Positions 1 to 12,914 of a DNA stretch of 64,000 nucleotides are shown piece after piece. The translations under genes were made by a program, and so were the position numbers. Numbering within the stretch: the stretch's first letter is position 1; each line of letters starts with the position of its first letter. Source of the DNA: Thecamonas trahens ATCC 50062 (taxonomy: Eukaryota > Protista > Apusomonadida); NCBI RefSeq assembly GCF_000142905.1, contig NW_013657643.1, positions 1 to 64,000 on the forward strand, read 5' to 3'. Below the pieces are notes generated by a model. The model was not told where the DNA came from, did no database searches, and saw nothing but the letters and a program-made list of their open reading frames with translations.

Positions 1-128
1 ACCTACCTACCTACCTACCTACCTACCTACCTACCTACCTACCTACCTACCTACCTACCTACCTACCTACCTACCTACCTACCTACCTACCTACCTACCT
101 ACCTACCTACCTACCTACCTACCTACCT
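1..128. repeat. (ACCT)32 / (TAGG)n perfect tetranucleotide array at the window end; candidate terminal telomeric array
   Basis: Perfect ACCT repeats from base 1 to 128, C-rich strand at the 5' end, directly abutting CCCTAA repeats. Confidence 0.95.
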
Positions 129-169
129 CCTAACCCTAACCCTAACCCTAACCCTAACCCTAACCCTAG
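129..169. repeat. Telomeric-type (CCCTAA)n tract
   Basis: CCTAA + 5 perfect CCCTAA (134-163) + CCCTAG, oriented as expected for a left chromosome end. Confidence 0.9.
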
Positions 170-213
170 CTGATGCCTCGTCAACCCTAGCTGATGCCCC
201 ATCAACCCTAGCC
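162..213. repeat. Subtelomeric 21-bp repeat (AACCCTAGCTGATGCCnnnTC), about 2.5 copies
   Basis: aaccctagctgatgcctcgtc / aaccctagctgatgccccatc / aaccctagcc; each unit embeds a degenerate telomere hexamer. Confidence 0.8.
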
Positions 214-1988
214 CCACTCCATTCCTCCCCACCAACCACCACTCACTCCACTTGCCACTCACTGCCCCCTTGCCACTTCTACCCATCCCACCCATGACCC
301 ACATCCACATTCCCATCCATGCCACCATACTCACCTCCACCGCACCATGCGCATGGCTGTGCATGGGCCTGGATTGAGTCTTTGATGCGGATTCACATTC
401 TCCATCCCCCCATTGACACTTGCCGGTGTCACTTGTTCGGGTGAGTCGCATGTGCGGGTTGTTGATTGACATGAATGTCATTCAACATTTTCATGATTCG
501 CCACTCGTCACTCGTTCGATTGTTTGACATTGTATTGAATGTCAGTGATCATTGTCAATTGATCATTCGATTCTTTCCGTTTCTTTTCTTGTTGGCTGAC
601 TGTGTTCTTTGTTCTTTGCCGTTCATGTTTCCACATGCTTTGTTGTTGCTATTGTCTGCCTCCATGTTCTGCTTTGGTTGCTTTTGCCTGTGATGGTTGA
701 CTACAATCGACATGCATTCCCATTCATCATTCCTTTCGCTCTTGTTGTTGCGTTGTATTATTTTTCGTCATGCTTCATTTGTTCTTGACTCCCCTGTTTT
801 CATCGACCTTGACTTCCACATCTATGATCGACCGTTGCTCACTACACCATCGATTCTCATCTTTGTTGTCGTTGGCCATGGTCAATAGTTTTGCATGCAA
901 CGTATTTTGTGTTGACCCTGTTGTGTCGTGGTCATGGTTGATCTGCAGATCTGATCGATCAACCGCGCCCTGCCTCATCGACCTCAACGTCACCCGAGTC
1001 CACCCTATTGCCTGCCAGCTTTACTTAGTCCCTGTTGACTTCCTCATGTGTGTGCTGTGAATGTCATGTTTGACCTCTGGCTGTTGTCGTGGACGTCATT
1101 GCCTCGTTTGATGCTTGTTCCGGCTTTTCTTAAATTAATTCAACGTTCAACTCAATTAACGTCCGCCGCCTTCCCTCTGCCGGCCAAGCCCCTCCACCCT
1201 TATTGCCCACACGCCACACACACCCATCAGCCGTATCATACTCACCTTCATCAATGCTCAAGCCCAATCGCCATACCCAGCACCCCTCCGCCGCCACGCC
1301 ACCCACGTCACGACCTCCCTTATCCCCCCTACCATACTCATTACGCCCGGTCACCACCAACGACCACCCTCACCCCCTACTCCACCACCACCACTCTCAT
1401 TTCAACCACAACCACCACCCCCATGCCTTGGTCATGTCCACCACCATCCCATCGCGCACCCCGCTTCCTCTTCCTCCCCATCCTCCTCCTCTCCCCGCTC
1501 CATCTCACCCCCATCCCCATCCCCAACCTCAATACCCACACCCCTCAACCATCACTTGCCATACTGCTTATCTACCAACCAACAGCAATCTTGATTCACC
1601 CAGCCTCAACCCCGCCCCCTCTGCTGCCCCGGCCTCGCCGACCACCAGCCACCAGCCGTCGGCCCCTCGCCCGATCAGGCCCACCTGCATCACCACCTAG
1701 CTCTCACCCACCACAACCTACGCAACCCGCGACCACACTCAAGGTCATCACTCACCCCACACTAGCTCCAGTACCAATATCGCTATCACCCATCCCCAGC
1801 GGCCTCGGCTCACTTCCGCCACGACCTTCGGCCGCTCGACCCGCACACACCCCTACCACCCTCATTACCGATTATGACCAATGCCAATTTACCTGCATTG
1901 CCCGCCGCCGCCGGCCATCAACCACTTCTCATCACCAGCTACGCAACTCCTGCTGCACATGTAGCGCAACTGATCCTGAAATTTAGAT

Positions 1989-4900
1989 CTACACCTGATT
2001 GCTGGCAATGGACGACAGCCGACTCGATTCGTCGTCAAAGAGGGTGTCGCCCGGGTCGGCGAGCGACGACATGCCGATGCCCGCCATTGACGGTGCGACA
2101 GGCTGCGAGTGGTCGGCAAAGTCGTCGAGCTGTACCTCGGTCGTCATATGGCCAGAGTCGGCGATGGCCACGTTCTCGGCCTCCCACTGCTGCTCAGGGT
2201 CCAGCTGGGACGCTGCTGCCTTTTCCGACATCGCCAGCAGGCGCACGTCTAGCGCGTTACCAACCACAATGGCGAGCACGTTTCCCAAAATACCTAGCAT
2301 CACGCCGCCACGCCGCAGCACAAACGACTCGAGCGTACCGGCGTACAGCACCATCGACGTCGCCGCCAACACAACGACCGCCACCACGTTGTGTACCGTC
2401 GACATGTACGGCCGCGCGAGCGCGAGCTGGACGAGCGTCGCCACAAGGACCACGGCTGCCGTGCTCGCCTTCGAGTCGTCGCCGGTGAAGAACGTCATGC
2501 ACATCACCACGCCCACCTTGCGAAGCATGATCGCGCCCTCAAACCACCACGCCTCGTCCACGAACCGGCCCACAAGGAATCCGAACCGGAGCGCAAACGT
2601 CACCGGGTCGAGCGACCGCCGCCTGCGCGAGAGGAGCATCACCACTACGCCCGGGATCCCGATCGCGTAGAGCGCGACGGCGAGCATGGCCGAGACCGCT
2701 AGTCCCCACCACGCCGACGTGTAGCACCGTCGCGATGGGTCGGCGTCCAGCAGCCACCGTCCAGACTCGTCCTTACGGCACCCGAACGGTGCAAACGACG
2801 CGCCCGCTAGCGGCAGATAGAGAACCACAAGGAGCTGGAACCACGTCCGCCCGGCACCCGACGTCAGCTCGCCCATGTTCTTGTTCCCAACCCACCCGAC
2901 GCCGGCCTTGATGAGCACCGCAAACGCCAGCGCGAGCACCGCGACGGCCACGGCTGCAAACAGCGGGAGGAGCAGCGTCAGCACCCACTTCATCACCCAT
3001 ACGTCCGTGCCGTCCGCCGCTGCACACTCTGGCGACGTGAGGCTGAAGTCGAGGTTGAGCGCCGAGGCAAAGTCAAAGTACACGCGCGCGATCGAGCCCC
3101 AGTCCAGGTCAAGCTTGCCGTACATGGCCGAGATCTGCAGCGCGTTGAGCCCGATCATGGCGGCTGCAAACTTGTACCGCACGCTCGCCGCAAGGTTAAA
3201 CGCAAGGAGCACGCCCGTCACAAAGAGCACGCCCAGAACAAGCAGCATCACAACCACTATGTTCTTGCCCGTGTCGCACTTGCGGCACAATGAGCCGAGC
3301 CGGTAGTACCCGTCGGCGCACTCGGCGCACAGCCGCGACGTATACCCGGCCTGGCACCGCCCAGATCCAGCACATGCACGCGCAACAGGACACGTCACAA
3401 ACAATCCAGGATCGTCGTCGGGGAAGAACCCAGGCGCCGCCACAGGCGCCGCCCTACCGCCGGCACAGACGCCGCCACGCGGACACGGTGCGCACGCCTC
3501 ACCCACCGCCGCACCTGCTGTCCAGAACCCGGGCGCGCACTCGCAGAGCGACGTGCCGTTCGCGGCCACCCGCACGGTGCCGACCGGACATACTGGTGTG
3601 GCTTGGCACGGCGCAAACGAGACCTCGTTGGACACGGCGTCGTCCGCACACCGCGCGCACACCACAGTGCCATCCCGTTCCGTGCCTCCAAACCCGACGC
3701 CGCACGCCACAATGTCGACCGAGCCCGTCAATGGGGTCACCGCCAGTCCGCTTGCGCTCGCGCTCGCGCTCGCCACGCCAAGCTGCCATGCCACCGTCAC
3801 GGGCGGCAAAGCTCCCACCCGCGCTGTAGCCGCAACTTGCGGCAGCGGCACGCTCACAGACGCAAGCGCGCTTGTCGTCTGTCCCGTCAGCACGACGTCG
3901 GGAGACCCATCAAAGGTGAGCTGCACATCAAGCCGCGGCTCAAACATGACCTGCCCAAGCCAGTCGCGGCCGCGCAGCTCGCCCATCATCACCGAGCCCG
4001 ACTGCAGCTCAGCCTGCGACTCGGCAATCCACTCGAGGTTGGCCAGCGGGCCGACAATGCTCGCACTGTCCAGCGCGGCAAACGCCGACGCGTTCATGCG
4101 GAACCACGGAAGCGTGGCCGCCGACGCACGGCTCGGCGCAAATCCTTCCGCGGCGCACACAAATGCGTCCGACCCCGTGCTGCCCGACCACACCGAGGCG
4201 GCACCAGAGACGGAAACCACAGCGTCGCACACGGCAAGCCCGCCACCGAGCGTGGTCGCGACGTTGTCCTCCATGACCACGTCCACAAGTTGCGTGCCAC
4301 CAGTGACAGCATGCGGGCCAGCACGAACAGCAGCACCGCCGCCAACAAGCGGCACCTCCACGCTCGTGCTCGCCTGTTCGAACGCCACCACGCGCGAGAC
4401 CGCCATGGCTGCGATGCCGCCACCGAACGACGCCCGGTTGCGGCGGACAGTTCCAGCGTTCATGACAAGCATGGTGTCCTCCACGAGCGCGCCGCCGCCC
4501 GCGCCGCCCGCCACGTTGTCCTCGATGAGTGCGTCCGCAATCGCCGCCGCGGTGCCTGTGCCGAGCCGCAGCCCGCCGCCCGAGCCCGACACGGCCGTGC
4601 ACGACGCGATGCGTGCGCCGTCGGCCATTTCCACCCGCGCGCCCGCCACGGCCACCACGCCGCCACCCGTGTTGCCGGCCTCGCAGCCCACGATCTGGGC
4701 TCCGGCGCCGAGCCTGAGCTGCGTTCCAGCACCCCGCACGTACACACCGCCGCCCGAGTCTGACGCCGAAGACCCGGTCACCGTAGAGTGCGTCACCTCC
4801 ACAAACGCGCCGCCCGATGCGAGCAGCGCACCGCCCAGCCCGACGTCCAGCAGCGGCGCGCCGTCCGCACGCGGCGCACTCGCGCAGTCTCTCATCGTCA

Positions 4901-7900
4901 CATTGTGCAGCGAAACGCGTGCGTCCACGCCCTCCGCACGAATGGCCGGGGTACCGTGTAGCGACCCGCGCGCCGTCCTCCCTCCGACTACGTCCACGCC
5001 GTCGAGAGTCAGATCGCCAACAAGCTCGGCACCCGCAGCCACGAGCGGGCCAACACGAAAGAGCACACCAGTGTCACCGCCATGCTCGCTGCAGTCAAAG
5101 ATCGCTCGCCCTCCTCCCTCGGACGCAAAGCGCACGCTGTGAGTGAGCAGCGCGTGCGAGTCGGCGCGGCACGTGTACCGCCCGGCCGGCAGCACCACTG
5201 TGTCACGCGTACAGCGGGAGGTTGTGCTCAAGACAGCCATCACGTCGGCAAACGTGCGGGCACAACCGGAACAAAGCGGTCGCGTTGGCACCACGCGCTC
5301 TACGGGTGTGTACGAGGTAAACGCAGAGCGTCTCAGAGTCGGGATCCAACCAAGCGTGAGTGCCGCGCTGCCAGCAAAGTAGACGACGTCAAGGTCACCA
5401 TCGCCCTCCACGTCGATGGCGTCGACGCCGAGCGCGCCAACCATGCTGCCGAGGAGGCGACAGGTGGGAAAAGTTCCATTGCGCGCAGTGTTGGAGCACC
5501 ACACGGGGCGGCCCTCGGACCACGTGGCCATGAGCACGTCAACGTCGCCGTCGCCATCGACGTCGGTGAGTACAGGCGAGAGCGGGGTGTCTGGCAGTGT
5601 CGACAGGGCCACTACGGGCGCAAACGCCCCTGTGCCGTTGTTGAGAAAGACTTGCAGCTCGGCCTGGACGTCGATCACGAGGTCGACGTCACCGTCGTTG
5701 TCGACGTCGCCGAGGTTGAGCCAGGAGCACGACTGATAGCAGTCCGCGGCGGAAAGTACGGTATCGTCGAGCACGGTCATGGAAGCGGGCGTCCACATGC
5801 GGGCCGCAGCCCCTGAGAGCCAGTACACGGTGTCCGACTGCTCCTTGACCACCGCGTCAACGATGCCGTCACCGTCGACGTCGCCAGTGGCGGCGCTGTT
5901 CGAGTACACGCCAGAGTTGAACGAGAACGAAGGAGGTGGTGTGGCAAAGCCGTCGACGTTCTCGTACCACGTGACAGACTGTGACCCAGCGCTGTCGACA
6001 AGGATGTCGGTGTCCCCGTCGCCATCGACGTCGTACACCGCCAAAAAGCCAGTGGCATCCGCAACGTTGCGGAACAACAGCTCAAACGTGCCTTGGCCAT
6101 CGATGTTGAGGTAAATCGCGAGCCGACCGTTGCCATAGCCCTCACCCGGGAGCTCTGTGAATGCCACCATGTCGAGATCGCCGTCATTGTCCATGTCGGC
6201 GAGCTGGATGCCCGACACAAAGTTCTCGGCAAAACCTCCGATGGTAGTGAGCGAGTTGAACTCACCCGCGCCGTCACCGTTGGCAAACCATACGAACGAG
6301 GTCGACGTCGCCGTCACGACGTCGATATCCCCGTCGCCGTCGACGTCGCCATACGCCGCAGCGTACTTGTGCATGTGCCTTAGCCGCACGTCGTGCGGCA
6401 CAGCATTGGGCGTCACACTTATGGCTGTCCCAAACCGGGTACTGGATATCGGCGTCGGCTCGTTCATGTACCAAGCAACGTGATACCCGCTGCCCAAGAG
6501 CACGTCGCCGTCCCCATCGCCGTCGATGTCGCCAACACTAACCACCGCCTTGGAGCCAGAAGGAGGGCCCACCATCGTCACGAGGTTGTCCTGACAACAC
6601 CGAGGGTACCGTCGCCACGTCCAAAAACACCGAGACCCGGGTCATGCCGAACGTCGCGAGGTTAACCACAACCATGTCAAGAGCACCGTCATTGTTGAGG
6701 TCGCTGAGCTCGAAGGCATCGAACGTGTACTCGGTCGAACCATCGAACACTTGCGTAGTTGTCCACGCACCCACAGCGTCGCGCGCAACAACAAAAATGT
6801 CCTCGCGGACCAACACCACAAACTCGCCCACCCCGTCGCCGTTCATGTCGGCGAGCGAGGCGGCGAGAGGGATGGCAGGGCTGTCAAAGGGCACGGCAGT
6901 CGCGGAGACTGCCCAAGAGGTGGCGCCGTCAAGGTTTTCCATCCACTCCAGGTCCGAGCCGACAACACCAAACACGTCGAGGTCGCCGTCAGCATCAACA
7001 TCGCCTACGCCTGCCAACCGCACAGGCAGCGTAGTCACGCTGCCGAACGAGATGCCGGCAGCTGAGAGCACGCATTGAGTGATGCTCCCCGTTCCCACAA
7101 AACGTCAGCACGCCCGTCGCCATTCATGTCGACGACGTCGAGAGCGACGACAGCGCCCGTGGTGGACACCATCAGCGGCGTCGCAAACGAGCCGGTACCG
7201 TCGCCAACATACACTTCCACGTCGCCCACGGCTGAATGAGGTGCTGTCACAACGTCAGACGCTCCATCGCCATCGACGTCGCCGACCGCGAGGACGAAAG
7301 ATGAGTGAGGGGTTGTGACGTTCCAATGGACGTCTACTAGTGCCGGCGCCAGGTACACCCGTAACTGCGAGTGGACCGCGACGACAACGTCGCTCTTCCC
7401 GTCGCCGTCCACATCCGCCGCCGCCAGTGCGCCTGCTGGACTGAACGTGTCTCCAAAAGTGGACGCAACGACGAGTGTCGACGGGCCCGCGTTGCGAAGA
7501 ATGTAGTGCGGCGCCGGCCCTTTGCCAAGGACCACAAGGTCATCTGTGCCGTCACCATCCATGTCGGCCGCAACTAGCGCCACCGGGCGCACCACTTGCG
7601 CGTTGGCAGTCACAGAGGCCGCAAACGACCCGTCGCCGTTCTGGAGAGCGACACGCAGTTCCTGTCCGCCCGCCACCTGTGCGTAGAGAACGTCCAGGTC
7701 ACCGTCGCCATCGAAGTCGAGCAGTGCGTGTCCATACGCGGCCTCGATGCTGATCGGCGTTGCCTCCGTCGCCAGGGGCGGCACGTTGCGACACACGTAG
7801 AGAGCGCCGCCAACAACTCCCGCTCGCCCCACGACACTCGCACGGCCGATCCCCGTCACGTCTCCCGCTTCAAGCTGATAGTGGAGCAACGCCGTGTTGG

Positions 7901-8627
7901 CGACCGAAACAAACGAGTCGAACCCAGTGAGTTCGGCACGCAGCCACCCAACAAACGGGGCCCCGTTGTCGAGCGTCAATAAGATATCGTCAAGACCGTC
8001 GCCGTCAACGCTGCCAATGGTGACCGAGTACGGCTCGCCTGAAATAGAGATGACCTCAGGTGACTCAAACAAGACCAGCTCGTTGTTACGGCACAAAAAC
8101 AGCGAGTGGCCCAGCGCCGCGTTGCGGACGGCGATGACGATGTCCGCCACACCGTCGTTCGTGACGTCGCCGACGGCAAAATCGACAAAGGTATCGCCTG
8201 CGCGAGCATTGGCCACCACCTTTCCTGGCCCAAATAAGCCACTTCCGTCATTCGCCCGCCAGTACACAATCGAGCTGTGGATAACCACAACATCAACATC
8301 GGCATCGGCGTCGAGGTCGGCGAGCAAAAAATCGTGCACCTCGTCTCCGCCCAGCACACGTCCGAGGACCATACTACCAAGGCCGTCTGAGTTTTCAAAC
8401 CACAAGAGTTGCTTCATAGCACCACCAACCACACTACCCATGACCACAACATCGTTGTCGCCATCACCGTCCACGTCGGCCACACGAGCCACCTCGGCCG
8501 TCGGCGCCGCTGCAAAGACCTCGGCCAGCGCAACAGGTACCTCCGCCATGCATTGCACGGGGGCGGCTGGGGTGACCAGGGGGACGAGGCTGCCCATGAC
8601 CAGCATGCATGTCAGGATTGTCTGCAT
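1989..8627 (-). CDS. ~2200 aa surface receptor: signal peptide, many FG-GAP/VCBS repeats, Pmp-like GGA/GGG beta-helix repeats, Cys-rich region, C-terminal multi-pass TM domain; broken by three -1 frameshifts (~7100, ~6625, ~6590)
   Basis: Repeated DxDGDGDxD motifs in ORFs 7035-8627, 6538-7098 and 1989-6581. A bridging third frame reads (F/L)GRGDGTLG. NxAxxGGG/GGAL repeats, CxxCPxGGxC, and TM motif FGFLVGRF..WWFEGAIMLRK. Confidence 0.85.
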
Positions 8628-9245
8628 GGTTGGTGGGGAGTTGGGTGTGTGTTTGTGTGTGTGTGTTTGTGTGTGTGTGGGGGGGGGGGGGGGGGAGTGA
8701 ACGCAGTGGGGAGAGTTCAGGTGTTGTGGCGTGCAACACTCGTGTTGGCTCGGGTCCCGAGTGCGAGCGCAAGTGCGTGTGGGAGGGCGTGGCCGGCCAA
8801 GTCGTTGCAGGCGCGATTATCACACGGATGGGTGAGTGGTAGGGAGGAGGGTACGTGTTTGTGCTGGTGTCGTCCTGATTGCATCGCTAAGGTGCAGATG
8901 GTGCTTTCGGCGTGCCATGCCCGCGGCCAGGGACGACCCGGGGGCCAGAGACGGCCCGGGGGCCGACGTGTATGGTTGCAGTGGGGCTTCGGGTTTGCCG
9001 CCGGCCCGACCAGACACACGCTCATGTGTCACGAGGCATTGCCATGAGCGTGAACGCACGCCGATGCGTGATCCGAGCCCCTTGTCTTCGACTTGGCACC
9101 ATCAACGCTCCCATGACCACCCCCACCGGTCAATGCGCCGAACCCAAGCCACACATGTTGCGCCAGCCCCAAGCAAACAGGCACGATTCAGCCACCCACT
9201 TCACTCGCCCGCCCACCCACCCGCCCCACACACACACACACGCAC

Positions 9246-10192
9246 ATGCTGGAAACCCTCCCAACCGAACTCATCCTCGCTGTCGCCGCCTTCCTCCCAA
9301 CCCCGGTCGACCACCTCGCCCTCGCCTCGTCGTCCAAGCGCCTTCACGCCGCCCTGCTTGGCAGCCCATTCGTCGCCGCCCTCGCCCACGCCAAAGCCGG
9401 ATACGACACCTGCGTCAGGCACAAGCTGTGGAGAGGGGCTCGGCTGGCTCTCTGCTCTCTCACGGTTCCAAAGCCAAGCACGAGTGACCCCGATCCCATG
9501 AGCCTCGTCGCCATCTTCGACCCCGCCCTCCCCGAGTCGGACGAGTGGATGGCCCTCGTCCGCAAGCTGGCTGCCATGCATGCCGCCGCGTATTCAACTG
9601 CGCTGCCGCCTGGTCTGTGTAGGCATTTGGGGCAGTATTTCTGTGGCTGCATTGGACTCGCTGCGTTTGCCGTCCTCCATGGTATGAGCGATGTGGCGCT
9701 TGGTCTCCTCCCAAGAGCGGATGCCGGGGAGACGGCCCTTGTGCTCCGTTCTGCTGCTAGTATCGGGCTGGTTCCCGTGGTGGAGGCCATTATGCACCAT
9801 CCAAAGATCAGCTCCGACACGCTGGCTCTCTCTAATTGTCTCGCATGGGCTGCCGAAAAAGGCCACATCGACATTGTTCGCCTTCTCCTCGCCGACGATC
9901 GTGTCGATCCGTCCGCCAAAGCCAACTATGCCATCACCAGGGCCTCGCACTACGGCCACGTCGACACTGTCCGCCTCCTCCTCACCGACAATCGTGTCGA
10001 TCCGTCCGCCAAAGACAACTGTGCCATCCGCTTGGCTTCGTTTACGGCCACGCCGACGTTGTCCGCCTCCTCCTCGCTGACGATCGTGTTGATCCGTCCG
10101 CTGGTGATAACTGCGCTATCCACAGCGCCTCGCGCAACGGCCACTCTGACGTCGTTGCCCTCCTGCAAGCCGCAGGCTGCTCCCTCCCATGA
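9246..10192 (+). CDS. F-box-like + ankyrin repeat protein (one -1 frameshift at 10041-10043)
   Basis: N-terminal LPTELILAVAAFL..D..L; repeats AxxxGHxDxVRLLLxDxRVDPSAxxNxAI continue in the 9836-10192 frame (YGHADVVRLLLADDRVDPSAGDN). Confidence 0.85.
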
Positions 10193-10463
10193 CCCTCCCA
10201 ACATGCAGCGGTACTGATCCTGCCATGTCCATGATCAGCCTCAGTCCGATAAGTGGATGGCCCTCATCCGTGAGCTGGCTGCCCACTGCGGCAGGAGCAA
10301 TCCTCGCACCCACACCTCACCCGAGACAAGTTGGCGTGACATAGTAAACATGACCCGCCATTTTGGTGATCAAGCTACCTTGCCCCGTCCACACACTCTG
10401 CATCGACTCCCCCTCCCCAAACTCTACCCAAGCCCACGCCCACCTCTCTCTCCCACGGGTTCC

Positions 10464-12316
10464 ATGTACCACACCCCAAACACGTCAAAGACAGCCCCAC
10501 CAAAGAAGCAAACCTCGCTTGTCTCCTTCTTTGCCCGCGCCCCGCCATGCTCGACCCCGTCGACCGCCAAGCGCAAGCGGCGCACCGAGTCGTTCCCCAC
10601 CGCCGCCCCGCCGCCTGTACCTGACGAGACCGCCTCCTCGCCTCCACCCGAGAAGCGCGCTCGTCCGCTGGATGCTCCTGTTGTCGAGATATCGTCGTCT
10701 CCTGTCGCGGTGGCGACGCCGGCTCCCGGTCCTCCTCCTGCCCCTGCCGACGCTATCGACCTTGATGCTACCATCGATCTTGACGCTGTTGTCCCGACCT
10801 CGGCTCTACCGCCACACGACGGCAAGGAGCCCGCCATCGAAGGTGATGAGCCGCAGCCTAAGCTCGCGCCGCAGTGGGATCTCTCGCAGCCCTGCGAGGC
10901 TGTCCTCATGCCGCACTCGGTCTCGAACACGCGCGCGAGCGCCAGTGGGCCGGCGGCGACGCAATGGTCTGTCATGTGCCGCGCGCTCGCTCCCGCCAAC
11001 CTCCCGGTCACGCCTCACGGCTTTGTGGCACTGTTGTCCGAGCTGCGCGGCGTAGACGACATCGACGCCTCGGCCTGGCTCTGGTTCTGGGACGAGAGCG
11101 CGAGCAAGGACGAGGCGCATCGGTTCTTTGTCGATACTCTTCCGCGGATGGCTGCGCTTGCGCTGAGCTTGCCAGCTCTGTTCCCGGATCCCGTGCCACT
11201 GCTCCGCCGTGGCGAGCCGGGCGCGGTGACGCTGACCCAGGCACAGCTGGCGTGTGCGATGGCTGTTGCGGCCTTTGGCTGCTGGCCGTACCGCAACGCA
11301 CGGCGTGGCTCGTCGGCCCGCGACCTTGCCGCCTTTCCGTCGTTCACCTTTATGCACCTCTACGCCGCCGTCCGCAAGCCGAGCGTCGCTGGCAAGTTCC
11401 GCTGCCTCATCCACTACTTTGAGGAGGCGTGCGCGGCGTACTCGCCCGACGCGCCAGGCGCCAACGTCACCTTTGCCCGCCTTGTTGCCCATCGCGAAAC
11501 CGACTGGGACGACGATGAGACGTTGCTGGAAGCGGTGACCATCGACGCCGATGCGCTCATCGAGGACGTGGCCAGCGCTGACGCCGGATGGGACTTTGTC
11601 GAAGTCGACTTTGCCAACCGCTTTGTCGGCGGTGGCGTCCTTGGCAACGGCTGCATCCAGGAGGAGGTGCGCTTTCTTATTGCGCCCGAGCTCATTGTCT
11701 CGCGACTGCTTGCCGAGGCGCTCGACGATGACGAGGCGCTGCTCATAGTCGGGGCGCAGCGGTACTCGGCACACGCCGGCTACGGCGCGTCCTTTACCTT
11801 TGCCGGCGGCTACAACGACCCTGCGCCGCTCGCTGCAAACGGCCATCGGACGACCGCAGTTGTGGCCATTGACGCCGCCGCTTTCGCAGCCATACGGTCC
11901 AGTTCTCGGACGCCGCCATCGCGCGCGAGCTGCGCAAGGCTTCCGCGGGGTTTGCACCCCATCCCGCGCTCGACGCGAGCCGCCCGCGCGCGGTCGTCAC
12001 CGGCAACTGGGGCTGCGGCGCCTTTGGCGGCGACCCCGAGCTCAAGTTTGTGCTCCAGTGGCTCGCCGCCTCCACCAGCGGCCGCTCGATGGTCTACTGC
12101 ACCTTTGGCGATCCCGCCTTTGCTGCCGCCGCTGCCGCCATGGTCGACACCGTCCGCGCCGCCGCCACCACCGTCGCCGGCCTCTACTCGCTCATCCGCG
12201 AGTTTGCCGAGGTCGTCAGCCCGCCGCTCTCTCCCGCCGGCACCAGCAAGCCGCGCAAAAAGGTGCCATCGCTTTTCAAGTTCCTCCACTTTGCGCTCCG
12301 CCCGCCGTCGCCTTAG
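10464..12316 (+). CDS. PARG: Poly(ADP-ribose) glycohydrolase (one -1 frameshift at ~11883)
   Basis: VDFANRFVGGGVLGNGCIQEE catalytic signature; after the shift RELRKASAGF and TGNWGCGAFGGD; N-terminal PIP-box-like QTSLVSFF. Confidence 0.92.
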
Positions 12317-12542
12317 CCACACCAGATGAACCTGAAACAACCAAATCGCCTGTATCGGGTGGTTGCTCCCGCTCGTTCGTTGCTTGCCTCCATTGGCTCA
12401 TTTTCATCGGCTTTCCTCCCCACTTTCCTCCGAACTTCGCAATGTACGCCCATGACACGCAAGCCACCTCCCACACCGCGGGCTCTTCCACAAGCTACTG
12501 CTGCCCCCTCCCCGCCCTCCTTGGGCTCTTCCCCCCCCCGAG

Positions 12543-12854
12543 NNNNNNNNNNNNNNNNNNNNNNNNNNNNNNNNNNNNNNNNNNNNNNNNNNNNNNNNNN
12601 NNNNNNNNNNNNNNNNNNNNNNNNNNNNNNNNNNNNNNNNNNNNNNNNNNNNNNNNNNNNNNNNNNNNNNNNNNNNNNNNNNNNNNNNNNNNNNNNNNNN
12701 NNNNNNNNNNNNNNNNNNNNNNNNNNNNNNNNNNNNNNNNNNNNNNNNNNNNNNNNNNNNNNNNNNNNNNNNNNNNNNNNNNNNNNNNNNNNNNNNNNNN
12801 NNNNNNNNNNNNNNNNNNNNNNNNNNNNNNNNNNNNNNNNNNNNNNNNNNNNNN
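12543..12854. other. Assembly gap (N run)
   Basis: N run flanked by poly-C tracts. Confidence 1.
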
Positions 12855-12914
12855 CCCTCCCCCCGCTCCAGCCTCACGCGCTCACGCGTTCCTCCCCACG
12901 CTCGCTGGCACGCC

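Noticed and set aside
119-1986. ORFs in the subtelomere (GL repeats, Leu/Phe-rich, Pro/Thr/His-rich)
   Set aside because: Translations of telomeric, T-rich and C-rich low-complexity DNA; atypical codon use; no RT or transposase motifs seen
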